From NCBI GenBank assembly GCA_020344865.1, contig CP070830.1, forward strand, positions 2,569,383 to 2,603,135: a DNA stretch of 33,753 nucleotides. Reading direction: 5' to 3'. Position 1 is the stretch's first letter; every line of letters starts with the position of its first letter. Positions 1 through 9,020 of the stretch are shown here, piece by piece. The stretch is from Planctomycetota bacterium. GTDB lineage: Bacteria > Planctomycetota > Phycisphaerae > Sedimentisphaerales > Anaerobacaceae. A model generated the notes under the pieces. The model worked only from the letters and a program-made list of their open reading frames with translations. It did not search any database and was not told where the DNA came from. Both the position numbers and the translations under genes were made by a program.

Positions 1-1068
1 CGTCTGATTAAGGACATCCGCCCGCCGTACAATACGGACCTGGTCGACGACAAGACTTTTCCGTATCTGGAGATTAGGACGGGGGAGGATTTCCCGGGGG
101 TGCACATAACCCGCAAGCCTCGGTCGAAGGGGAGCCGGCTTTTCGGCCCGTTTGCGAGCGCGAAGGACCTGCGGGGCGTATTCGTGGAGCTGCAGAAGAT
201 ATTCAGGTTCCGCAGCTGCAAGCTGGAGATAAGCGAGGGGGACGAGAAGCGGCGTTTTTTCCGGCCTTGCCTTTTATACAGCATAAAGCAGTGCGTCGGG
301 CCGTGCGCGGCGAAGGTCGGCAAGGCAGATTACAAAAAAATCATCGGCGATTTGATGAAATTCCTGCGGTCGAAGCGCTCGACGGTGCTTAGGCAGCTAA
401 AAAAACAGATGGCGGAGGCATCGGAGAGGTATGAGTACGAAAAAGCGGCGATGCTACGGGACCGTATGCGGCTTATTGAGCGGCTCGACCGGCGGGGCAC
501 GCCTGATGAGGACGTTCAGCCGGAGGTATTTGCGGTTGAGCCCACCGAGGCTCTCGAAAAGCTGCAAAATCTGCTGCAAAGCCGTGAGGCGGTCAGGATT
601 ATCGAGGGTATCGACGTGGCCAACATCGGGGGCGCTGAGTCGGTGGGCTCATTGGTCAAGTTTATTGACGGAAGGCCATTCAAGAACGGCTACCGGCGAT
701 TCAAGATAAAGACCGTCAAGGGAATCGATGACTACGCGATGATAGCGGAGGTGGTCAAACGCCGTTATAAATACGCCCTTAGAGGTGAAGAACTGTGGCC
801 CGACCTCGTTTTGATAGACGGCGGCCTGGGCCATTTGCACGCCGCGGAAGCAGCTTTTAGAGAAATGAAGGCGCCTGTGCCGAAAATCGCCTCGATTGCC
901 AAGAAAGAGGAGGAAATCTTCCTGCAGGGAAGCTCTAAACCGGTGAGGCTGCCTGCCAACTCCCCTGCCCGCAAGCTGCTGCAGTACGTCCGGGATGAGG
1001 CCCACCGCTTCGCCCAGCATTATCACCACATACTGCGAAGCAAGAAGATGTTGGACAAAAAAACCTGA
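1..1068 (+). CDS. uvrC: Excinuclease ABC subunit C (UvrC), 5' end cut by the window edge
   Basis: Frame 1 is open from base 1 (RLIKDIRPPYNTDLVDDKTFPYLEI...), so the GTG at 100 in the ORF track is internal. There is a UVR-like helix (YEKAAMLRDRMRLIERL) and a UvrC endonuclease-domain signature (IEGIDVANIGG...YRRFKIK...DLVLIDGGLGHL...RDEAHRFA). The stop is at 1066-1068. Confidence 0.88.
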   Translation, partial: RLIKDIRPPYNTDLVDDKTFPYLEIRTGEDFPGVHITRKPRSKGSRLFGPFASAKDLRGVFVELQKIFRFRSCKLEISEGDEKRRFFRPCLLYSIKQCVGPCAAKVGKADYKKIIGDLMKFLRSKRSTVLRQLKKQMAEASERYEYEKAAMLRDRMRLIERLDRRGTPDEDVQPEVFAVEPTEALEKLQNLLQSREAVRIIEGIDVANIGGAESVGSLVKFIDGRPFKNGYRRFKIKTVKGIDDYAMIAEVVKRRYKYALRGEELWPDLVLIDGGLGHLHAAEAAFREMKAPVPKIASIAKKEEEIFLQGSSKPVRLPANSPARKLLQYVRDEAHRFAQHYHHILRSKKMLDKKT

Positions 1069-1105
1069 GGCGCTCCCAGCTTGGGGCATTTCAATAAAGA
1101 ACAAA

Positions 1106-2266
1106 CTAAGAATCTGCCTTTTGTCCAGGCGTGCCCGACAAAACCTCATCGAGTGCGTGTTTTGTTAGGCCGGAGAGTCGGATATCTTCGCCGAATTGAC
1201 CGGTTTCGACGTGGTGTAAGTCAAGACCCTCGGTCAATTCGGACATTGGGGGGCTTATTGAGGCGCTGCCGGCGGTACCGAGGAGCTTCGGCGTAATGTA
1301 AACGACAATTTCGTCGGCAAGGCTCTCTTTGAGAAATGAGGCGATTACGGTTGGGCCGCCCTCGACGAGCAACTGAGCGACACCGCGATTGCTCAATTCA
1401 TCGAGCAAAAAGTGTAAATTAGAGCGGCCTGTTTCCGGGCAGACAAGGACCTCAGCCCCCCTACCGGTGATTTGTTCCTGCTTTTGCGGATTATTACGGG
1501 CGGCCTCGGCACTGGTTACGACCAGCACAGGGGTATCTTTGGCAGTGGTCAGCAACTTACAGTCCAAGGGAATCCTTAGATTGCTGTCGAGAACGACTCT
1601 GGTTGGCTGTTTACCCTTGTCGGGCCGGGCCGTCAACAGCGGGTCATCGGCAAGTACCGTATTTATACCCACCAATACGGCGCCCGCCCGCCGACGCAGC
1701 TTGTGGGCATCATCTCTACTACGCTCGCCCGAAATCCATATGCGGCTGGCGGTAGTTTCAGCCCAGGCCAGCTTGCCATCGATGCTCTGTGCCCACTTTA
1801 ATATGACCCAGCATCTGCCGGTGGCGGCAAACTTGATAAAAGGGGCATTCAGCAGCTTCGCCTCGGCTTCACAGACACCGGTCTGGACCTCGATTCCAGC
1901 GGTGCGTAATTGCTCTACGCCCTGGCCGTTAGCGTGCTGCGAGGGATCAATCGTCGCTACAACGACCTTTGCCAATTTAGCGTTGATAATTGCATCGGTG
2001 CAGGGCGCGGTCTTACCCTGATGGCAGCACGGCTCGAGTGTGACGTACATAGTGGCAGCCTGCGGCTTAGCGGCGAGCTTGTTACAATCCTCAAGGGCGT
2101 TTATCTCCGCGTGCGGGCCGCCGAACTTCCTGTGCCAGCCCTTGCCGATAACCTGACCCGCCTTGACCAATACGGCGCCGACGGGAGGGTTCGGCTCAAC
2201 CGAGCCGATACCCCGCCGGGCCAGTTTCAGGGCCATCTGCATGTATTTTTCGTCCTCGGTGGCCAT
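1106..2266 (-). CDS. ribD: Bifunctional riboflavin biosynthesis deaminase/reductase RibD
   Basis: 386 aa. It has CMP/dCMP-type deaminase zinc motifs (GGPHAEINAL and TLEPCCHQGKTAPC). The RibD C-terminal reductase domain follows (VILKWAQSIDGKLA...LLVEGG). It begins 16 nt downstream of the ligA stop on the same strand. Confidence 0.92.
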   Translation of the reverse strand: MATEDEKYMQMALKLARRGIGSVEPNPPVGAVLVKAGQVIGKGWHRKFGGPHAEINALEDCNKLAAKPQAATMYVTLEPCCHQGKTAPCTDAIINAKLAKVVVATIDPSQHANGQGVEQLRTAGIEVQTGVCEAEAKLLNAPFIKFAATGRCWVILKWAQSIDGKLAWAETTASRIWISGERSRDDAHKLRRRAGAVLVGINTVLADDPLLTARPDKGKQPTRVVLDSNLRIPLDCKLLTTAKDTPVLVVTSAEAARNNPQKQEQITGRGAEVLVCPETGRSNLHFLLDELSNRGVAQLLVEGGPTVIASFLKESLADEIVVYITPKLLGTAGSASISPPMSELTEGLDLHHVETGQFGEDIRLSGLTKHALDEVLSGTPGQKADS

Positions 2267-2282
2267 TTTAGCGAGCCTTAAT

Positions 2283-4283
<2,001 letters not shown>

Positions 4284-4366
4284 TCAATTTATACGCTGTA
4301 TCGGCGCAGTTTGCAACAAGAAGATGATTGGCCTAAGGTAAAAGCGAATTAGCGCCGGAATGGCAT

Positions 4367-4395
4367 TTGACAAGGCCGTTAAACTTTTGGATAAT
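4367..4395 (+). promoter_or_regulatory. Candidate sigma70-type promoter for tRNA-Asn
   Basis: TTGACA (4367-4372), a 17-nt spacer, then GATAAT (4390-4395), about 60 nt upstream of the tRNA 5' end. This is a sequence match only. Confidence 0.4.
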
Positions 4396-4455
4396 ACTCT
4401 AAAATTTATATGAAGATGGCTCTTTGAGCCGATGTATCGATTTTTGGTGTGCTAT

Positions 4456-4528
4456 TCCCCGATAGCTCAACTGGTAGAGCGAGCGGCTGTTAACCGCTAG
4501 GTTGTAGGTTCGAGCCCTACTCGGGGAG
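4456..4528 (+). tRNA. tRNA-Asn (anticodon GTT), CCA not encoded
   Basis: The cloverleaf was folded by hand. Acceptor stem TCCCCGA/TCGGGGA; D arm GCTC-AACTGGTA-GAGC; anticodon arm AGCGG-CTGTTAA-CCGCT with GTT at positions 34-36. Variable loop AGGTT; T arm GTAGG-TTCGAGC-CCTAC; discriminator G. Total 73 nt. Confidence 0.9.
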
Positions 4529-4531
4529 TTT
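4490..4531 (+). repeat. Direct repeat copy 1: tRNA-Asn anticodon loop to 3' end plus 3 nt
   Basis: The 42 nt ttaaccgctaggttgtaggttcgagccctactcggggagttt are identical to 4808-4849. Confidence 0.95.
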
Positions 4532-4811
4532 GGTATTTTTCGTTTACATTCTCGAAAGCCAATCCACAGGACGGCATTACATCGGGCAAACCGACAATAT
4601 CGCCCGTCGCCTCGAAGAACATAATGACCCCGAGCACAAACTCAGCAAATATACCAGTAAACAAGGCGGCCCATGGAAACTGATTTACACAGAAGAACAC
4701 CCAAGCCGACCGGCGGCCGTGAAACGTGAACACTGGTTAAAGAGCAGGTCGGGACGGCGGTGGGTTGAATCTAAATTTGGTAGAGCGAGTCCGTCAATAC
4801 TGCCGGATTAA
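4530..4811 (+). CDS. Small stand-alone GIY-YIG domain nuclease family protein (UPF0213/YhbQ-like)
   Basis: 93 aa beginning VFFVYILESQSTGRHYIGQTDNIARRLEEHN, which matches the GIY...YIG...R..EH pattern. The only available start is TTG at 4530, 2 nt after the tRNA discriminator base. The last ~11 codons and the TAA stop (4809-4811) are read from tRNA-derived sequence. Confidence 0.7.
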   Translation: MVFFVYILESQSTGRHYIGQTDNIARRLEEHNDPEHKLSKYTSKQGGPWKLIYTEEHPSRPAAVKREHWLKSRSGRRWVESKFGRASPSILPD

Positions 4812-4849
4812 CCGCTAGGTTGTAGGTTCGAGCCCTACTCGGGGAGTTT
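4778..4849 (+). pseudogene. Degenerate partial tRNA-Asn copy: D-arm fragment, an 18-nt divergent segment, then a perfect 42-bp 3' half
   Basis: tggtagagcgag (4778-4789) matches 4472-4483. 4808-4849 is identical to 4490-4531. There is no matching 5' acceptor strand, and the anticodon stem cannot pair (gccgg versus ccgct), so this copy is not a functional tRNA. Confidence 0.75.
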
Positions 4850-4864
4850 CAGGGTTGGCAGGCC

Positions 4865-4897
4865 TTTTTCAGTGATTGCGGCTGAAAAAAGATTTTT
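4865..4897 (+). terminator. Weak AT-rich hairpin plus T-run downstream of the tRNA/GIY-YIG unit
   Basis: TTTTTCAG (4865-4872) pairs with CTGAAAAA (4882-4889) across a 9-nt loop, followed by agattttt. The stem is all weak pairs, so confidence is low. Confidence 0.25.
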
Positions 4898-5001
4898 GTA
4901 TAATCGCGGAATTGAAAGACTTGATTGCACAGCTGGCCTTTAATATGGGAATGGCAGTTTATGTGGAATTAACTCACAGATAAATTCAAGGAAATATTAT
5001 T

Positions 5002-6276
5002 ATGAAGAGAGTATTCTTCGTTTTATTTGTGGGAGTAATTTTGCCTACCAACTGTTTTGCTGTTGAAAATTCTCTTAAGTTACCAAAAATTGATCGAAGA
5101 CCGGATCCAATAAACTGGGTGCGAGGTGAGCTAAATTCCCTGCCCAAATATAATCATGAGTCGAACAATGCTTTCCAGGTGGACTTACGATGTTATAACT
5201 TATCCAGACTCGATTTGAGTAATTCTATCGACGACCTACAGTATGCAACCTTTGATGATAGGACAATCTGGCCAGCACCTGAGCACATGCCCAAGGAGTT
5301 TGATTGGAAGCGGGTTATGGAAATGGGTAAGAATCCTGGACTTGGTATCCGCAAACTTCATGAGAAGGGTATTACCGGGCGAGGTGTGGGTATCGCAATA
5401 CTCGATCAGCCATTACTGGTTGATCATGTGGAATATACCGAACGCTTACGTTTGTACGAGGAAATTAATATACAAAGTGGTAAGAAATCACAAATGCATG
5501 GGCCTGGTGTGGCTTCGATTGCTGTTGGTAGGACTTTGGGAGTTGCCCCCGAGGCAGACCTTTATTATATTGCTAAGTGGAACGGAGATTACAAAGGTAG
5601 AAATTTCACCTGGAACTTTACATATCTTGCTCAGGGGGTCCACAGAATCTTAGAGATAAATGAACAGCTTCCAAAGGATAGGAAAATTCGGGTAATCTCA
5701 ATGTCCGTAGGCTGGGGACCATCACAAAAAGGTTACAAGGAAATAACTGAGGCAGCCCAAAAAGCAAAGGAAGCAGGCATGCTTGTGATATGTTCGTCCA
5801 CTGACGAGATACATGGATTCCGTTTTCATGGTCTTGGCCGTCCTCCCTTAGCTAACCCAGATGATTTCAACTCTTATAAGCCTGGTTCCTGGTGGGCTAA
5901 AATGTTTTATGATGGCAATCCGTTTCATAGCGGTATGAATAGTTTATTAATCCCAATGGATTCACGAACAACAGCTAGCCACACAGGTACTAACGAATAT
6001 GTTTTTTATCGTCATGGAGGATGGAGCTGGTCGATTCCATATATTGCAGGTGTTTATGCTCTTGCGGCACAGGTCGAACCCAACATTACGCCTGAAAGAT
6101 TTTGGGCTTTGGCTATGAAGACAGGGCGAACTATTGAACTGGAAAACAAAGAGAGAAAAATCGCGTTTGGCCCAATACTAGATTCCGCCAAAATTATTGA
6201 AAAACTCAAAAAAGGTGAGCTTTCCAATAGTAAAGCTATAAAGGCGGAGTTAGAAAAGTATAACATTGACTTGTGA
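5002..6276 (+). CDS. Secreted subtilisin-like serine peptidase (S8 family)
   Basis: 424 aa with an N-terminal signal peptide (MKRVFFVLFVGVILPTNCFAVEN). The catalytic triad motifs appear in D-H-S order: GVGIAILDQ, HGPGVASIAVG, and GGWSWSIPYIAGVYAL (compare GTSMAAPHVAG). GC content is clearly lower than the neighbours. Confidence 0.8.
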   Translation: MKRVFFVLFVGVILPTNCFAVENSLKLPKIDRRPDPINWVRGELNSLPKYNHESNNAFQVDLRCYNLSRLDLSNSIDDLQYATFDDRTIWPAPEHMPKEFDWKRVMEMGKNPGLGIRKLHEKGITGRGVGIAILDQPLLVDHVEYTERLRLYEEINIQSGKKSQMHGPGVASIAVGRTLGVAPEADLYYIAKWNGDYKGRNFTWNFTYLAQGVHRILEINEQLPKDRKIRVISMSVGWGPSQKGYKEITEAAQKAKEAGMLVICSSTDEIHGFRFHGLGRPPLANPDDFNSYKPGSWWAKMFYDGNPFHSGMNSLLIPMDSRTTASHTGTNEYVFYRHGGWSWSIPYIAGVYALAAQVEPNITPERFWALAMKTGRTIELENKERKIAFGPILDSAKIIEKLKKGELSNSKAIKAELEKYNIDL

Positions 6277-6441
6277 TCATTATACGAGATGTAAGTCTAC
6301 AGGTAATCCAATTGTCTTTACAATGACAATCGCCCCAGGACCTTTGTTACTCTAGCTCTGGAAATACCAATATATCTGGCTCGTTCGGATTTAGGGAGAA
6401 TATCGCCGACTGGGACAAACCCTGCTCGGCTGAAATAGGCT

Positions 6442-7692
6442 CTATTGCCAGAACTTAGGTACCGTCTCCCCCGTTTTCTGTGTCCATCTCCGGCTGTCTT
6501 TCTCGAACTCGACAGCCGCCTCGTGTATTTTGATGACTTTTACGCCATGTATCGTCTGGCCTTCCTTCAATAACCGGCTGTCAATTATCACCGATGGATT
6601 GTCCTCCGCATAGACTATTGCGCCAACCACTCCGTGCGTGACCTCTCGCTTTGTTGTCACTACGTTTTCTTCAAGCCGTGCTTTCAAACTCGTCCTCTGC
6701 AAGTCCCACTGCTCGAATTCAACCGATTCTTCCATCTCAATCTTATCCCCACGGTACTGAATCGACGCATTCTGCCTGTTTTGTAATACTTCATCGTCGC
6801 CGGGATACTTAAGGAAAATATAAACCGGCTTCATTGTCTCGAATAACGCTTCCTGAAGCCACTGCTCTTCGACATCGCCCCACGTCGGGTCGAAAGGAAC
6901 CCAGCCGTAATTGCGCAGATAAACCTCCGTCCACGCATGTTTGGGTAATGTCTCACTCACAATAACAGCATAGCCGGTAACCACTCTCGCCGGTATCCCA
7001 TTTGCCCTGCACATCGCCACAAACAACGCCGAATACTCCGAACAATCGCCTTCACCATGCTGTGCTGCATAGGACGCTCCCTGCTCCTTGTCCTGGACGC
7101 AATAGTCCAGACTATTAATCACATAATTGTAGATGCTCCGAACCGTCTCTATGTCACTTTGACCTTTTATCTCTCTCGCAGCTTTCTGTATCAGGTAGGC
7201 ATTGCATTCTATCCCGCCTTCTTCATGCAGAAAATCATCACCGCCGTCACCTGGGAAAAATCTGTCCACGTACCTTTTTTGAGCCATCGACAAATCATAT
7301 CTCAGCAGTTCAGCCCTTACCTGTATTTCCACCTTGAACCGTCTTTTCGGCTCTTCGAAAATAAACTCCGCGTATTCGTTTCCGCTTTTGCTGGTAAATC
7401 TCCTCAACGGCCTCGGAAAACACTTCACCCAACGAACCTCCTGCCTGTCCGGTATTGTCTTCGGAAGAGCGGCGGTTAGCCTTATTTCCGATGTATCACC
7501 CGGCACGAAAAACTCATAGAACAAACTCCATTCCACTACATTATTCAACGGCGCAAAAGTCTCAGGAAGCGAGGGAACTTCGACCGGATTATTATCGGAA
7601 TCCATCCCTTCCGGCTCACCTTCGCCTCCTGTATCAGTCGCAAACCACAGCCCGATTACCAACACCAACAACAACAGAATTTTGCGCTTCAT
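6442..7692 (-). CDS. Secreted transglutaminase-like cysteine peptidase superfamily protein
   Basis: The transglutaminase core motifs are GEGDCSEYSALFVAMCRANGIPARVVTGY, then KHAWTEVYL, then GWVPFDPT (Cys-His-Asp). The preferred start is ATG at 7692 (MKRKILLLLVLVIGLWF signal peptide, with AGGA 5 nt upstream). The ORF track's longer start is at 7710. Confidence 0.8.
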   Translation of the reverse strand: MKRKILLLLVLVIGLWFATDTGGEGEPEGMDSDNNPVEVPSLPETFAPLNNVVEWSLFYEFFVPGDTSEIRLTAALPKTIPDRQEVRWVKCFPRPLRRFTSKSGNEYAEFIFEEPKRRFKVEIQVRAELLRYDLSMAQKRYVDRFFPGDGGDDFLHEEGGIECNAYLIQKAAREIKGQSDIETVRSIYNYVINSLDYCVQDKEQGASYAAQHGEGDCSEYSALFVAMCRANGIPARVVTGYAVIVSETLPKHAWTEVYLRNYGWVPFDPTWGDVEEQWLQEALFETMKPVYIFLKYPGDDEVLQNRQNASIQYRGDKIEMEESVEFEQWDLQRTSLKARLEENVVTTKREVTHGVVGAIVYAEDNPSVIIDSRLLKEGQTIHGVKVIKIHEAAVEFEKDSRRWTQKTGETVPKFWQ

Positions 7693-7839
7693 GTAATTCC
7701 TCGCACCCATTTAACTCCGATATATCGGCAATTTTAACCCCACCCTTAACCTTCCTGCACGTCAATAACCGACCTCCTGCAAAAGCAGCCGAAATCTGAT
7801 TACAAAATCCAGCAGGTAAGTTTCCAAGGGCAAAGCCCG

Positions 7840-7857
7840 GAGCCCTACTCGGGGAGT
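7840..7857 (+). repeat. Third, 18-bp copy of the tRNA-Asn 3' end (T-loop/acceptor strand)
   Basis: gagccctactcggggagt is identical to 4512-4529 and 4830-4847. It lies in the intergenic region between the transglutaminase-like gene and the kinase gene. Confidence 0.8.
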
Positions 7858-7882
7858 AGTTCGACGCGGCCACCCTGGCCTT

Positions 7883-7915
7883 GGCCAGTACAAGGTTCAG
7901 ATGGCCGTTTTTTTT
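7883..7915 (+). terminator. Terminator-like hairpin with a T8 tract downstream of the 18-bp tRNA fragment
   Basis: GGCCA (7883-7887) pairs with TGGCC (7902-7906) across a 14-nt loop. An alternative outer stem is CGGCCA/TGGCCG (7867-7872 with 7902-7907). Eight T residues follow at 7908-7915. No plus-strand CDS ends here. Confidence 0.35.
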
Positions 7916-8141
7916 GCCGATATTATGAAAAATTTTCGTAATGGTGGAAAACAGGCCAACTAAATTATAAGTTATTGGTTTTGTAGAGGCCGGTTTTGTG
8001 TAAAATACAGTTTGATATATTAATAGCGGCCACATCGCCAAAAGACAAAATTAAGGGAACAGATGGCGGCTTTGGCGCATCTATAGAGGATTAGACCTAC
8101 ATTTGAGAAGACACCCGAATTATTAGGTTTTTATAAGTAAA

Positions 8142-9020
8142 ATGGCTAAGGACATACTCAACGTCGGCGGGTTTACCATCCAGAGGAGGATTGGCGTCGG
8201 CGCTCGCAGCACAATCTATCTGGCAACGGACGATACAGACCACAACGATATCGCCCTAAAACGGGTTATCTTCGAGAAACCGGAGGATTCGAGGATATTC
8301 GAGCAGGTGGAGACCGAATATAAAGTTGGCAGCCGGATAGACAACCCCTATGTCCGCAAGTGCCATAAACTAAAGAAAATACGCAGTATGCTCAAGGTCA
8401 AGGAGATGCTGCTTTCTATGGAGTATTTCGACGGCAAGAACCTCGAAGACGGTCCCGCCCTCAGCCTGCTGGATGTGCTGCTGGTATTCAGGATGGTGGC
8501 GGGCGGTCTCAATGCCATGCATCAGCACGGGTACGTTCACTGCGACATAAAGCCCAATAATATTCTTCTGAGCACGGCCGGGGCTATTAAAATAATCGAC
8601 CTCGGCCAGAGCTGCAGAATAGGGACGACAAAGCGCCGGATTCAGGGGACGCCGGACTACATCGCACCGGAACAGGTCAGGCGCAAACCCATGGGCCCAA
8701 AAACCGATATCTTCAACCTTGGCGCGACAATGTACTGGGCCCTGACGGGAAAGCACGTCCCCACGTTGATACCCAAAAAGGACAGTCTGGGCCTGCCGCT
8801 GCCACGAAAGCGCCGGGCACCCCACGAGATAAAAAAACAGTTGCCAATCGGAATCTCAAAGTTTGTAATGGACTGCACAGAAGACGAACCTGCGGACCGG
8901 CCGCCCGATATGATGACGGTCATATCGAGGCTGGACCTGCTGATACACAGCATATTAGGTGGCAAGGTAAGAACAAATAACAATGCCGCAAACAATAGTC
9001 GAGTTGCTGAACGAAGGTAA
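8142..9020 (+). CDS. Hanks-type Ser/Thr protein kinase, kinase domain only
   Basis: 292 aa. It has the Gly-rich loop IGVGARSTIY, the conserved Lys in IALK, the catalytic loop HCDIKPNNILL, DLG in place of DFG, and the activation/P+1 motif GTPDYIAPE. There is no TM segment or extra sensor domain. Confidence 0.9.
   Translation: MAKDILNVGGFTIQRRIGVGARSTIYLATDDTDHNDIALKRVIFEKPEDSRIFEQVETEYKVGSRIDNPYVRKCHKLKKIRSMLKVKEMLLSMEYFDGKNLEDGPALSLLDVLLVFRMVAGGLNAMHQHGYVHCDIKPNNILLSTAGAIKIIDLGQSCRIGTTKRRIQGTPDYIAPEQVRRKPMGPKTDIFNLGATMYWALTGKHVPTLIPKKDSLGLPLPRKRRAPHEIKKQLPIGISKFVMDCTEDEPADRPPDMMTVISRLDLLIHSILGGKVRTNNNAANNSRVAERR

Larger units (their letters stand above)
4850..7839. mobile_element. Possible remnant genomic islet bounded by tRNA-Asn 3'-end repeats, with no integrase present
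   Basis: It is bounded on the left by the 42-bp repeat ending at 4849 and on the right by the 18-bp copy at 7840-7857. The cargo is two secreted peptidase-superfamily genes. Hand-sampled lines in 5000-6200 give roughly 33-45% GC, against ~63% in a ligA line. Confidence 0.4.

Noticed and set aside
4497-4733. 78-aa minus-strand ORF antisense to the GIY-YIG gene and overlapping the tRNA
   Set aside because: It has no recognisable motif. It overlaps the tRNA 3' end and the clearly motif-bearing GIY-YIG frame, so it is most likely a shadow ORF.
4850-7839. An intact integrative element (integrase, excisionase, transposase) in the tRNA-flanked islet
   Set aside because: No ORF in the interval shows tyrosine or serine recombinase or DDE motifs. 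Only two peptidase-superfamily genes are present, so at most this is a decayed remnant.
7634-8041. 135-aa minus-strand ORF spanning the intergenic region between the transglutaminase-like gene and the kinase
   Set aside because: It overlaps the 5' end of the transglutaminase-like gene and runs across the tRNA fragment, the hairpin/T8 tract and AT-rich promoter-like DNA. It has no motifs and its composition looks non-coding.
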